Positions 30,992-41,554 of a stretch of 64,000 nucleotides of DNA are shown here, one piece after another (within the stretch, counting starts at the first letter, position 1; each line of letters begins with the position of its first letter). The notes under the pieces were generated by a model that was not told the origin of the DNA, did no database searches, and saw only the letters and a program-made list of their open reading frames with translations. Both the position numbers and the translations under genes were made by a program. The DNA is from Thermoplasmatota archaeon (GTDB lineage: Archaea; Thermoplasmatota; Penumbrarchaeia; Penumbrarchaeales; Penumbrarchaeaceae). The stretch is taken from positions 9,772 to 73,771 of the forward strand of contig CBDDUX010000027.1 of NCBI GenBank assembly GCA_965234725.1. Reading direction: 5' to 3'.

Positions 30992-31222
30992 ATGTCAAAA
31001 GTTCCCTCCATCAATTATGAGAAGGTGGTAAAAGCACTTCAAAGATCAGGTTTCATTGTTGTTAGACAGAAAGGAAGTCATATTAGGATGCAAAAGAGGA
31101 TCGCTGAAGAGACTATCAAAATTACGATCCCAGCTCATAAACCAATAAAGAGGAGCACACTTTCATATATCATTAAAAGTGCTGGCCTATCTGTTGAGGA
31201 TTTTCTAACATTATTACAATAG
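30992..31222 (+). CDS. hicA: HicA-family mRNA interferase toxin
   Basis: YcfA/HicA pattern KALQRSGFIVVRQKGSHIRM...STLSYIIKSAGLSVEDF, with catalytic His in GSH. Confidence 0.75.
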   Translation: MSKVPSINYEKVVKALQRSGFIVVRQKGSHIRMQKRIAEETIKITIPAHKPIKRSTLSYIIKSAGLSVEDFLTLLQ

Positions 31223-31423
31223 AACCATGTTGTTGAAAAATCTTCCATTTGATCTTTTGGATGACCTTTCTTTTCCTGAGTTGGATACTTTTTAATTTCG
31301 ATCATTGAACTGAAGGAGGATATTTTAACTTCAGTCATCCATTTTTCAACTCTTTGAATTGTATTCTATTCTAATTTTAAGGTCCTAGGGAAATAATTTG
31401 AACTTTCATATCAATGCCTATTC

Positions 31424-32209
31424 ATGGAGCTTGTCAGAAAGGAAAGCAGAGAGGAGATCCAGTTCCTCAGAGAGGCCTATCTTGATTCCCTTCCTGAACC
31501 CACTGAGCTCTACCTGGAAATGCTGATGAAGAATGCAATTTCCTATCTGATCAAAATGGATGGAAAGGAAGCAGGGTATGCAATTGCAGGAGAGGATAGA
31601 GTCCTTTATGAATTCTATGTGGTACCTGATCATATTCCAAAGACAGGTGAGATCTTTTCCAAGGTGTTGAAGGACCTTTCCATAAAGAAAGCCTTCTGCC
31701 AGTCTTTTGATAAACTGTATTACTCGATGTGTAAGAACCATTCTCAGAGAAAGAGTATCGTTGGACACCAGTTCAGAGAGATTCGGAAACCTGAAGGTAA
31801 GAGGTCTGAACTAAAACTAAATGAGAGAACTGCGGGTCTGAAAGATCTTGATACGATCAGAAGATACAGAGAGGAGATATTCGATGACAGCGAGGTAGAA
31901 GATATCCCCTTCTATATCAACAAAGGATCAATCATAATCTTTGAAGAGAAAGATTGTGGATTTGCAGGTTACGGCCTGCTGAACAGGACCCTGCCTTCAA
32001 GGAACTGGTTCGATGTGGGAATGTATGTCCACCCGGATAAAAGGAAGAGTGGTTATGGGACATATATAATTCAGAGGATGATCGAAACGGCCAGATCCAA
32101 CGGATGGAGACCTATTGCAGGATGTGGCTCATATAACAAGGCTTCAAAAAGGACCCTGGAAAAGGCAGGTTTCATCTCAAGATATGTTCTAATGGAGTTC
32201 GAATTCTGA
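31424..32209 (+). CDS. GNAT-family N-acetyltransferase (two GNAT-like halves)
   Basis: C-terminal acetyl-CoA-binding motif VHPDKRKSGYGTYIIQRMIE...NKASKRTLEKAGF. Confidence 0.65.
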   Translation: MELVRKESREEIQFLREAYLDSLPEPTELYLEMLMKNAISYLIKMDGKEAGYAIAGEDRVLYEFYVVPDHIPKTGEIFSKVLKDLSIKKAFCQSFDKLYYSMCKNHSQRKSIVGHQFREIRKPEGKRSELKLNERTAGLKDLDTIRRYREEIFDDSEVEDIPFYINKGSIIIFEEKDCGFAGYGLLNRTLPSRNWFDVGMYVHPDKRKSGYGTYIIQRMIETARSNGWRPIAGCGSYNKASKRTLEKAGFISRYVLMEFEF

Positions 32210-32212
32210 ATT

Positions 32213-35200
32213 TCATTCCTTTTTCCTGATAGTATCAAAAATTCTCTTCCGTAGTTCGGGAACGAATATCACCATCCCGAGCAATATCAGCAACGGTATT
32301 GAAAATACAAAGATGATGAATATAAGACCAGAGGACCCTTCTTCAACCACAACTCTGAATTCCACAGGTTCGGTCTGGATCGAATTGTCGGACCCATCAA
32401 ATACTAGGAACCTTACCTTGATCCGACCCTCGACCACTCCCTCATCCAAAAGGATCGAATATGAACCGTTCTCATTGAGGTCCAGGGTCCTGTTCAAAAC
32501 TTCTCCATCACTCTTCTCGATCGATACTATGACCTGGACGATATCCCTGTTGTCCTCTCCCAGAAGGAAGAATTTGACTTTTCCTCCTTCCCTTTCAATA
32601 CTTGATGATAATATCGAGGGAGGGGTCCCGTCCAGGATATCCATGGTTCTTTCCATTACAGCATGATTTCCCGATAGGTCCTCTGCGGTTGCGTACAGTG
32701 AGATCCTCAGGGCTTCAGGGGGGATTAAGATGTTATAAAGAGATCCATTTGGAACAGCTCTTATCCTTTGACCTTCATCAAAAGAATATTCCAATCCTGT
32801 ATCTAAGACATCACGATTGTCACTGGCAAGGACCTCCACTGTCAGATATGTTGAGGTCCTGGGTTCTTCAAATGAAAGGTCGATAACAGGTTCTGTTCCA
32901 TCTTGAATATCAAGAGACCGTTCAAGATGTCCCATGTTACCAGAGGAGTCGAACAGTATCGCTCTGAAATGGAGTTCAAATGCATCAAGGGGGACCAATG
33001 GAATTGTCAATTCCTCGGGAGGACCACTGATATTTGTCCTAGGACCATTGTCGAACCACCATTCAAGGAAACCCCCTTGGATATTCCTGTTATCTGAATA
33101 TGCAAAGATCAATGAAAATGGGTTCCCGGTGATGGGATCATCCTCTGTCAGGTACAGTATGACAGGAGAGGTCCTGTCTATCACCTCATATTCTCCTTCC
33201 AGCTCTCCATCGTTCCCTTCTTGATCCGTTATAAGAAGCAGGAAGGAGACGGTCAAAGAACTTTCCTTTACCTCTACAGGGAAAATCAGTAGATCGTCGA
33301 ATGGTCCTAGTATATGCTTCACCTGATCTAGATCATCATTCAAGTAAACGTTGAGAATGGCTTCCTTCACTCCAATGTTATCACTGATCTTGAGGATGAG
33401 GGAGAATTCCTCACCAGTCACTGGGATTTGTACACTCTGGTCTTTTCCCGAGGGTGGGATCGTATCCTCCACAACCATGTGGATCCAATCTCCGATAAGA
33501 ATGTTTGAAGAGATATCCGATACCCTCACCCTAAAACTGAATGAGTAGGCATCCTCCGCAATGAGTATCAATACAGAACTGTCGAGATCTAATGTCTCCA
33601 GTTGATCTGAAATGATAGAAATTACATTCTCATCCCTTCCATTGGTGTAGTGGTCAATGAAGAAGTGTTCCAGGCCGGTATTGTCATGCAGACCAATTCG
33701 GACGAACATCTCCTTTCCGGTTACAGCTTTTGAGGGGGATACTTCGATAATTTCAGGGTACTTGAAGTCCAATACATCATAGGATCGATCCACGGTCAAG
33801 AGGTTGTTCGAGAAATCGATTATGGAAAAAGAGGTCCTCAGGGAAGTGCTCCTTCCATTTACCAGAACCTCCAGCTTGAATATCCCATCAATATCCGGTG
33901 ATGCTTCCTTCTCATCCGTTATACTGACCAGTTCTCCATTTCTGTCGAACTGGGAGATCTGATAAGAAACGGATATTCCGAAAATACTCCGGTTGTCGAT
34001 GACCCGGAACGTCGATATGAACTTCTCGAAGGTTATCGGTAAGGCATCGGTGAGATCGATAAGGACCGGTGGTTCCGTATCAGGGGGTGGAGGGTCCTTA
34101 ACCAGCGGCCCCGGATCACCGGGTCCGAAGGGGAGATCGGTGTCTCCTATGCCGTCCCCGTCGACATCCTCTCCATTATAGTGATCCCAAAGGTTTCCGT
34201 AAGAATAATTGCCTACCACAATATTCTTTCTCATTGACCTTGAGGAGAAGGACCATTTGATCTCAACCGGGTCCTGATCCTTTTGAACGATATTGGTGGA
34301 ATAGAAGTGATTATCAGCAAGGAGGATCTCATTGGAATTCTCGATGGATACCGGAGGACCGGTACCTTGGAGAACATTAGATGTGATCCGGAGATATCCA
34401 ACTTCAATAAGTGAGATCTGGCCGTTTTCGTTCTCTGAGATAAGATTACCGTGGATCGATGTACCGCTTGTTGGACCCGACATCTCTATCCCGTATTCCC
34501 CATTTGACCGAATAATGTTTCCTGAGACCTCATTTCGTCCAAGGTTGCAGAAGATGATCACTCCGTCGAGATGATTGCCAACAATGGTATTATTGTCTAT
34601 CAAGTTCAATGATCCACCGCTGATAACTACCCCATAACCTGATGAATTCCTGATCGAATTGAACAAAATCGTGTTTCCTGACGATCTGTAACAGAAGATC
34701 CCAGTATCCAGCGTACGTTCGAGATGATTGTCCTTGATAACATTTCCATTCCCGGTGGTCCCAACATATATGCCCGGCCCTCCAACATGGACGAATGAGT
34801 TGTTCTCAAGGAGGATACCGCCTGTACCTGATCCAAGATAGATACCCCGGTCACCTCCAATCAGGATGTTGTCCCGGACCTGTATGGATGAAACGATCTG
34901 CAGCTCCATCTGGTAGATGAGATTATCTGTCAATGTGTTGGCCCTGATGATCACTTCATCCCCTGAGAGCTCCTCACCCAGGATCCCTCCCCACGGTGAT
35001 CCGGAGATCAGGTTTCCCGTGACCTTAACACCTGTTGCACTGGAGAGCCATATATTGAATCCCCTGTTCCCCTCTATCTGATTATCCGAGAGGTTAATCT
35101 CAGGATCATTCAGGTCTTTGGCCTTGATCCCCTCATTTGTATTGTGAGCTATCGTGTTCCCGGTAATGTTCAGATCCCTGTCAATATCGGACAGAATGAG

Positions 35201-35965
35201 GCCCTGTTTATGGTTTTCAAAGAGACTGTTCCCTTTCAGAGTGACATTCCCATCAGTCCTTGAAATGGATGCTCCCACTCCACCATTTCCAGATATACTG
35301 CAGGTGTCAAAAAGCAGGTCCGTGGAGTCGGAAATGAAAACCCCGACATCTGTGTGGGTGGAGAACTCGCTCCTGAATATGCTCGAATCGGATGAATGTT
35401 CCATTTTCAATCCATTTGTACCATTGTTGAAATGACAGTACGATATTGCAAGTCCATTGGTGTTCTCAACTGATATCGACGTTGCAAGAACCTCGACAAC
35501 ACACCTGGAAAGCGATACATCAGAACATCGGGATATTTGGATCCCGTCCGAGGTACCCTGACAGGTCATATCGATCAGTTCAGCATTGGTGACATTGTAC
35601 AAGAGGACAGTAGGATCTGAATGATCCCCATCAGAGGTGAAGGTGCAATTCTCGATCCGGAAATGTGATGTTGTGTTCGATATCATTATACAGGTCCCGT
35701 TTGACACGGTCATATCATGACCTGAGATGATGTAAGGGTCGTTTGAAGAACCATTGCCTGAAATTACTCCGTTCGAAAAGTTGAATCCGGATCCGTTCGA
35801 TATCATTATAGTAGAATTGAAGAAGGCCCCATTACCTGTTACATCCGAGGGATAATAATTGCAGGGTCCTTTTGCCGCTGTTGTTCCTTCCATGGAGTTC
35901 AAAGCTGGTATGATAAGGATCAGGCAAACCAATGGTGCAAACCTAAACCAGGCCGATGCCAGCAT
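32213..35965 (-). CDS. Giant (1250-aa) surface protein with signal peptide, right-handed parallel beta-helix repeats and C-terminal TM anchor
   Basis: N-terminal signal (LVCLILIIPALNS); many NosD/pectin-lyase-type repeat units (NxxIxxNxxxGI); C-terminal TM LIFIIFVFSIPLLILLGMVIFV plus basic tail. Confidence 0.7.
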   Translation of the reverse strand: MLASAWFRFAPLVCLILIIPALNSMEGTTAAKGPCNYYPSDVTGNGAFFNSTIMISNGSGFNFSNGVISGNGSSNDPYIISGHDMTVSNGTCIMISNTTSHFRIENCTFTSDGDHSDPTVLLYNVTNAELIDMTCQGTSDGIQISRCSDVSLSRCVVEVLATSISVENTNGLAISYCHFNNGTNGLKMEHSSDSSIFRSEFSTHTDVGVFISDSTDLLFDTCSISGNGGVGASISRTDGNVTLKGNSLFENHKQGLILSDIDRDLNITGNTIAHNTNEGIKAKDLNDPEINLSDNQIEGNRGFNIWLSSATGVKVTGNLISGSPWGGILGEELSGDEVIIRANTLTDNLIYQMELQIVSSIQVRDNILIGGDRGIYLGSGTGGILLENNSFVHVGGPGIYVGTTGNGNVIKDNHLERTLDTGIFCYRSSGNTILFNSIRNSSGYGVVISGGSLNLIDNNTIVGNHLDGVIIFCNLGRNEVSGNIIRSNGEYGIEMSGPTSGTSIHGNLISENENGQISLIEVGYLRITSNVLQGTGPPVSIENSNEILLADNHFYSTNIVQKDQDPVEIKWSFSSRSMRKNIVVGNYSYGNLWDHYNGEDVDGDGIGDTDLPFGPGDPGPLVKDPPPPDTEPPVLIDLTDALPITFEKFISTFRVIDNRSIFGISVSYQISQFDRNGELVSITDEKEASPDIDGIFKLEVLVNGRSTSLRTSFSIIDFSNNLLTVDRSYDVLDFKYPEIIEVSPSKAVTGKEMFVRIGLHDNTGLEHFFIDHYTNGRDENVISIISDQLETLDLDSSVLILIAEDAYSFSFRVRVSDISSNILIGDWIHMVVEDTIPPSGKDQSVQIPVTGEEFSLILKISDNIGVKEAILNVYLNDDLDQVKHILGPFDDLLIFPVEVKESSLTVSFLLLITDQEGNDGELEGEYEVIDRTSPVILYLTEDDPITGNPFSLIFAYSDNRNIQGGFLEWWFDNGPRTNISGPPEELTIPLVPLDAFELHFRAILFDSSGNMGHLERSLDIQDGTEPVIDLSFEEPRTSTYLTVEVLASDNRDVLDTGLEYSFDEGQRIRAVPNGSLYNILIPPEALRISLYATAEDLSGNHAVMERTMDILDGTPPSILSSSIEREGGKVKFFLLGEDNRDIVQVIVSIEKSDGEVLNRTLDLNENGSYSILLDEGVVEGRIKVRFLVFDGSDNSIQTEPVEFRVVVEEGSSGLIFIIFVFSIPLLILLGMVIFVPELRKRIFDTIRKKE

Positions 35966-36161
35966 ATGGTCATGATATGTCCGGTCTATTCTAATTAAAG
36001 TTTCCAGGCCAGGAGTTACTCATTTTGTGATTTTAACCCAAGGATTATATTACATCCACTCCTGTGATGTGAATTGTTTATCTATCGGATGGATCTCACG
36101 ATATACCCTTCCATTGAATAAAATTATATAAGGGGTATATAGTTTTATCTCAGGGAGAGAA

Positions 36162-37097
36162 ATGTCAGCTATCAGACCTGTGTCTATCCTTCTGATCTTA
36201 ATGACGATCTTATTTTCTTCCACGGCCTTTCAGGCAGATTGCAGTAACCAATCCGATCTTCAAGTGAATTCAGTTCAGGATACCGGAGAGCCTGAAGTGA
36301 CCTTGAGCCTTCAAAATGATGAATTGGTAGCAAATGTGGATCCAGAGAGTGATGGTATGGTCGCACTCTTGGGAACGGTCAACTGCAAATTTCCGGATTA
36401 CACTCCAAACAACATTCAATGTACGGTATTCATCCGTGCTGAGACCGGAGATTGGATGTCTTCAGTTCCACCCGAGCTGTATTTTTCAAAAGGTATTACC
36501 TCACAACAATTCGTTATTCACATCTTAGTGCCCCTCGGATCATTGGTCACAGATAGTAGATCATTCATGATCTCTGGGTATTGGGCATATACCCCCGGAT
36601 ATCAGGAAGGATCGGTTGAAACCAGCTACTTCAGGGTGAACATCCAGCCATATTCATATCTCCAGTTCGAAGAGCCGAATTGGAACATTTCAATTCCTTC
36701 AGGTGATTCCAAGACCATTACTACATCAATAACCAATCTCGGCAATACCAGGGCTGAAGTTACAATGGGTGCTGATTCCGGAGAAGAAGGAATAATGGTT
36801 GAACTTCCTGAGACCAAGATATCAGTACCCTCGAACCAGGCGGTAGAAATCGTATTCGTAGTGAAGGAAACCAAGGGTTTGAAGGGTATTCATTCGATCA
36901 CTTTATGGGCTGAGGATAGGGAAACATCCAGACAGGGGCGGATTACACAGGAATACTCGGTCCAATCGACCAAGGAACCTACCACTTTGAGTAACATACC
37001 TCTCCTTGTCCCGGGTCTGGTCACAGTATTCATTATTGTGATATTTACGATCATTATCTTCCTTGCGAAAGGTTGGATCGATCGGAGAAGAGGATGA
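36162..37097 (+). CDS. Secreted, C-terminally membrane-anchored hypothetical protein
   Basis: Signal peptide (VSILLILMTILFSS), C-terminal TM (VTVFIIVIFTIIIFLA) plus RRRG tail. Confidence 0.55.
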   Translation: MSAIRPVSILLILMTILFSSTAFQADCSNQSDLQVNSVQDTGEPEVTLSLQNDELVANVDPESDGMVALLGTVNCKFPDYTPNNIQCTVFIRAETGDWMSSVPPELYFSKGITSQQFVIHILVPLGSLVTDSRSFMISGYWAYTPGYQEGSVETSYFRVNIQPYSYLQFEEPNWNISIPSGDSKTITTSITNLGNTRAEVTMGADSGEEGIMVELPETKISVPSNQAVEIVFVVKETKGLKGIHSITLWAEDRETSRQGRITQEYSVQSTKEPTTLSNIPLLVPGLVTVFIIVIFTIIIFLAKGWIDRRRG

Positions 37098-37182
37098 TCT
37101 CCAGCGATCCTTCCTAATAATATGGTTCAAGATCGCTGATAATTTTATGAATATACATATTGAAAACTATTGGAATTTCAGG

Positions 37183-37671
37183 TCAGGACCTCTGTTCCTC
37201 CAGTTTCTTTCTCGTATATTCGAGGAGGCCCCCAGCGTCCCTTATGGCCAGTATCTGGTCGGGAAGTTTCGGGAAGTAGAACTCCTCCTCATCTATCCTT
37301 ATCCAACCCTCCTCGATATTAAGGTCCAGATCCGCTCCTTCTCTATATGCCTCCACAGCCTCCGGGCATTCCAGGAGGATCAGACCCTGATTGATCGCAG
37401 CCCTGTAGAATATCCTTGCGAAGGACCTTCCAATGATGGCTTTGATACCGATGGACCTTAGACCAACAACCGGCTGCTCTCTTGAGGAACCACAGCCGAA
37501 ATTCTCACCAACAAGCAGTATGTCCCCTTCTTTCGCTTTTCCGGCGAAATCGGGGTCCAGGTCCTCCAGCAGATGGGGAATGATCTCAGAAGCGGTTGAA
37601 CACGTATAGGTGTACTTTCCCGGAAAGAGCATGTCGGTGTTGACGGAATCCCCGTATCTCCATGTCGTCAT
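37183..37671 (-). CDS. leuD: 3-isopropylmalate/homoaconitate dehydratase small subunit (LeuD family)
   Basis: GDSVNTDMLFP and GENFGCGSSREQ motifs of the aconitase swivel domain. Confidence 0.8.
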   Translation of the reverse strand: MTTWRYGDSVNTDMLFPGKYTYTCSTASEIIPHLLEDLDPDFAGKAKEGDILLVGENFGCGSSREQPVVGLRSIGIKAIIGRSFARIFYRAAINQGLILLECPEAVEAYREGADLDLNIEEGWIRIDEEEFYFPKLPDQILAIRDAGGLLEYTRKKLEEQRS

Positions 37672-38934
37672 TCAGATCACCTCTCTGGGATCAGTTAGCT
37701 TTCCATGAAGGGCGGTTGCTGCTACTGTTGCTGGACTGGCAAGATATATCTCGGATTCCTTGCATCCCATCCTTCCCTTGAAATTCCGATTTGCCGTGGA
37801 CAGGGTCCTCTCTCCCGGTGCCATCACTCCCTGGTGGGCCCCTAGGCAGGGTCCGCATCCGGGAGGAAGCACCATGCCTCCAGCTTCGATCAAGGTGTCA
37901 AGTGTTCCATCTCCCAGAGCCTTTCTCAGCTCTGTCCTGGAGGCAGGGGCGATTATAAGCCGTGTCGTCTTGGATACCTGATTACCATCAAGGATCGATG
38001 CGGCCACTTTCAGGTCCTCGTACCTTCCGTTGGTGCAGGTCCCGATGAAGCATTGATCGAACTCCAGACCTTCAAGCTCAGTTACTTCATGGTAATTATC
38101 CACCTGATGAGGGGAAGCTATCCCTGGAACTATTTCTTCCAGATCGTATTCATGTTCCGAGTGGTATTGCGCATCCTCGTCGGCCCATAACTGATTGTAA
38201 TCATCATCCTTGACCCCGGTCTTTCGGAGATACTGGCTGGTCCTGTCATCTACCGGAAATGCTGCGGATTTACCGTCCATCTCCACACCCATGTTACAGA
38301 TGGTGAACCTGTCACCTATCGTCAGATCGGCAACATCGCCGTGGAACTCCACTGACCGATAGGACGCTCCAGAAGCGGAAATATCTCCAATGATCTTCAA
38401 GATAAGGTCCTTGGCGAACACTCCTTTATTCAAACTTCCAGAAAGTGTCATCTTGATGGATTGGGGCACCTTCAACCACATCTCTCCCCTTAATAGTAGA
38501 GCGGCTGCTTCGGTCCTGTCAATTCCCGTTGAAAATGTACCTACCGCTCCATAGGAGCATGTGTGGGAATCCGATCCCACAATGACCTCTCCTGGAAGTG
38601 CCAGACCCTTCTCCACCACTACCTGGTGGCATACACCCTCCCCTGCATCGAAGAAATTGGTGATCTTGAACCTCTTCACAAATTCCCTTATCTTCTTGTG
38701 GTTGGAGGCGGTCTTCTCATTGGCTGCCGGGATGACATGGTCCAGAACTATAATTGGCATTTCAGGATCGAACACTCCGTATCTGTCCAGGTCCGGTCCT
38801 ATCTTTCCGATTATGGCTGCTGTGTTATCATGTGTCAGCAATCGGTCAGGCGAAAGTGTCACGATCTGTCCAGGAACCACATGGTCCAGCCCTGCCTTTC
38901 TTGCAAGTACCTTCTGAGCGAATGTTTCTCCCAT
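37672..38934 (-). CDS. leuC: 3-isopropylmalate/homoaconitate dehydratase large subunit (LeuC family, archaeal type)
   Basis: GSDSHTCSYGAVG, IGTCTNGRYED and PGCGPCLG Fe-S cluster-binding motifs; 1-nt spacing to leuD. Confidence 0.8.
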   Translation of the reverse strand: MGETFAQKVLARKAGLDHVVPGQIVTLSPDRLLTHDNTAAIIGKIGPDLDRYGVFDPEMPIIVLDHVIPAANEKTASNHKKIREFVKRFKITNFFDAGEGVCHQVVVEKGLALPGEVIVGSDSHTCSYGAVGTFSTGIDRTEAAALLLRGEMWLKVPQSIKMTLSGSLNKGVFAKDLILKIIGDISASGASYRSVEFHGDVADLTIGDRFTICNMGVEMDGKSAAFPVDDRTSQYLRKTGVKDDDYNQLWADEDAQYHSEHEYDLEEIVPGIASPHQVDNYHEVTELEGLEFDQCFIGTCTNGRYEDLKVAASILDGNQVSKTTRLIIAPASRTELRKALGDGTLDTLIEAGGMVLPPGCGPCLGAHQGVMAPGERTLSTANRNFKGRMGCKESEIYLASPATVAATALHGKLTDPREVI

Positions 38935-38940
38935 TATTGA

Positions 38941-40764
38941 TCACTCCTCACAGGTTCTGACCAGTAGCCCGCCTTTGCGATATATCTTCAGCTGGACACT
39001 GGAAAAGGGCGTCACCCTGAAATCGATATTCCGGGTGATATTCTTTGCACTACCGCTGATGAGGTCTACCTCGATCTCATCGCGGTCCATAATCATATCA
39101 TCTGTTGGTTCGTAGGTCATTATCGGCATTCCTGTATTGATCGCGTTTCTCTCATAGATCGCTCCGAATGACTCGGCTAGTATCAGGCTGATACCAAGGG
39201 ACCGGAAGCAGTCCACCGCCTGCTGCCTGGAACTTCCGGCTCCGAAGTTCTTGCCTGTGACAATTATATCATTTTCCTCTACCTTGGAAGAAAAATCCTC
39301 ATATCCTTCGAGGTTGCCAAATGCATACTGTCCCATTTCATCCATATCCGTAACCGTCAGATGCCTGTTATGATATATCATATCCGTGTCTATGTTGTCC
39401 TTCCGGATCAACCAGACCCTTCCTCTGACAATGGTCTTCATCGGGCCATCATTCCCAATACATTCCACTTCAGTGGGAATATCAATTTTTGATGGTTGGA
39501 AAATGGCCGGTTCATTCGGGATATCGTTTTTGGCTGTTATGGAACCTGCCAGTGCGGAAGCGGCAACGGTCTCTGAGGAAGCAAGGTAGACCTCACCCTT
39601 TCCCTGTTTCCCTCTGAAATTCCTGTTTCCTGTGGATATCGTTACCTCTCCAGGACCATTCTGGCCGATCTGCCCCGCAGCACATCCCGCACACCCAGCG
39701 TTCCCAACGAGTGCTCCGGCATCCATCAGGTCCTTGATTATACCCCTGTCAAGACACTTTTCCCAGATCGCTCTGGTAGCCGGTACCACCTTCAGTACAA
39801 CTCCAGGAGCCACTTTTCTCCCCTTCAGCACCTCTGCAGCTGCCCGGATATCCTCGTATCTTCCATTTGTGCATGAACCGATGAATGCCGAATCGATCCT
39901 GGTACCTTTGACCTCTTCTATCTCCACAACATCTTCCGGATGTCCCGGTCTTGATATCATCTGTCCCAGGCCGCTGAGGTCGATCTCTATCTCCTTTTCA
40001 TATTGAGCATCTTCATCGGGGGTAAGACCGATCAGATCGATGTGGTCCATATTCAATTCATCGAGGATGGTCTCGTTGGGAGGGAAGAGTATGATGATCC
40101 CACCCATTTCCGTACACATGGATGCAATGGTGATCCTTCCGAATAAACGAAGGTTTTCAACATATTTCCCTCTGATCTCCGCGGCGTATCCCAGAAGACC
40201 GTTCGCTCCGAGTTCCTTGAGCATCTTGAGGGCCACGTCCTTGGGTGTAGCATCCGGTGAGGGCATGCCATTTAGAGTGATCCTCAGACTTCTTGGGACC
40301 TTGAACCAGACCTTACCTTCGGAAAAAGCGGCAGCTATGTCGACATCACCCATCCCCTGGCCGAAAGCTCCTATTGCACCCATAATATTTGCATGAGAAT
40401 CCGTGGAAACGAAGACCTCTCCTGGTCTAATAAGGCCCTCGTCCATGGCAATATGGGTGCCAATGCCCATGTCGATGTCATAAACCTTCACTCCTCTCTG
40501 TCTAGCAAAGGTCCTGCATATCTGCTGATTGGCAGCGTATTTCTGGTCAGATCCTCCGGGATTGCAATCGAAAGTGAAGAATGTCCTGTCAGGATCATCA
40601 AGGACCAGACCATTGGACTCCAGGTTCTTGACGACGTTCGCTCCTCCAAAATCCCTGGCTACCCTTGAATCCACAAATACATCAACTATGTCGCCAGACT
40701 TCACTTCCTTTCCTGCCTTTACCCTGAGTATCTTCTGAAGGATTGTGGAACCCATTTCAAACAC
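38941..40764 (-). CDS. Aconitase-family dehydratase with large and small subunits fused in one 607-aa polypeptide (LeuC-like N-terminus plus LeuD-like C-terminus)
   Basis: N-terminal part has STDSHANIMGAIGAFG, IGSCTNGRYED and AGCAGCAAG cluster motifs; C-terminal 170 aa align with LeuD (NIDTDMIYHNRHL...GKNFGAGSSRQQA). Confidence 0.7.
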   Translation of the reverse strand: MFEMGSTILQKILRVKAGKEVKSGDIVDVFVDSRVARDFGGANVVKNLESNGLVLDDPDRTFFTFDCNPGGSDQKYAANQQICRTFARQRGVKVYDIDMGIGTHIAMDEGLIRPGEVFVSTDSHANIMGAIGAFGQGMGDVDIAAAFSEGKVWFKVPRSLRITLNGMPSPDATPKDVALKMLKELGANGLLGYAAEIRGKYVENLRLFGRITIASMCTEMGGIIILFPPNETILDELNMDHIDLIGLTPDEDAQYEKEIEIDLSGLGQMISRPGHPEDVVEIEEVKGTRIDSAFIGSCTNGRYEDIRAAAEVLKGRKVAPGVVLKVVPATRAIWEKCLDRGIIKDLMDAGALVGNAGCAGCAAGQIGQNGPGEVTISTGNRNFRGKQGKGEVYLASSETVAASALAGSITAKNDIPNEPAIFQPSKIDIPTEVECIGNDGPMKTIVRGRVWLIRKDNIDTDMIYHNRHLTVTDMDEMGQYAFGNLEGYEDFSSKVEENDIIVTGKNFGAGSSRQQAVDCFRSLGISLILAESFGAIYERNAINTGMPIMTYEPTDDMIMDRDEIEVDLISGSAKNITRNIDFRVTPFSSVQLKIYRKGGLLVRTCEE

Positions 40765-40765
40765 C

Positions 40766-41413
40766 TCACTCTATGAGACCATCCTTGTTCTTCATAACAA
40801 TGGGATTGAACGTGGCGAAGTCGGCTTGATGGATCAGGATGGTCTCTATCACCTGGGGTCTTCCCTCTCCTTCCTTTGCGTGGCAAGCTATCATGTTAAT
40901 ATATTCCTCGGGAAGTCCAACCTCTGAGGCCAGTATCGCACCGGAGATCGGATGTCTAGCACACATCCCGGACCTGGATCTCCTCCATCCACCTTCACCA
41001 TTCCTCTCTATCTCAAGGAGTTTTCCCACATCATGTAGAAGGCCACCTGCAACAAGCCTGGCCATATCTATCTTGTATGGCATTGTAACATAGGTCTCCC
41101 TTTGTGCCAGAGCCAGGCCTATCGCCCCCTCTGTGACAGCTATCGTATGCTCAATGAAACTGATGCCATGGGTCTCGGTCAGAAGAGTGAAAGGCATCTC
41201 CATGAGGTCCGATACGCTTTTCCAACCTCCTCTTTCACATCCCAATGACCAGGCCCTTACAATTTTGTCCCTTATTGCTTCATCCTCTATCATGTCCAGC
41301 TGCGGACCAAATAGACCTTTGATCTCTTCTTCATGTATCAGGAAGATCACCCCAAGCCGTTGCTTCAATGAGGTAATCCACCCATTGGATTTCAATACTA
41401 CCATTGAGTCCAA
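40766..41413 (-). CDS. HD-domain metal-dependent phosphohydrolase
   Basis: HAIAV...GLLHDVGK HD motif; 1-nt gap to the downstream aconitase-family gene. Confidence 0.6.
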   Translation of the reverse strand: MDSMVVLKSNGWITSLKQRLGVIFLIHEEEIKGLFGPQLDMIEDEAIRDKIVRAWSLGCERGGWKSVSDLMEMPFTLLTETHGISFIEHTIAVTEGAIGLALAQRETYVTMPYKIDMARLVAGGLLHDVGKLLEIERNGEGGWRRSRSGMCARHPISGAILASEVGLPEEYINMIACHAKEGEGRPQVIETILIHQADFATFNPIVMKNKDGLIE

Positions 41414-41554
41414 TGGATTTTCAAGTCACCATAAATTATATATATACCCTATTTTTCGACCGGCATTTTCCCGTTCAGTTTAAAAAACATCTTTTTTTTC
41501 CATATTTACGGGGTGTGACCGAAGTGTTATCAACCCTGTTTGGGTGCGTTGTTA

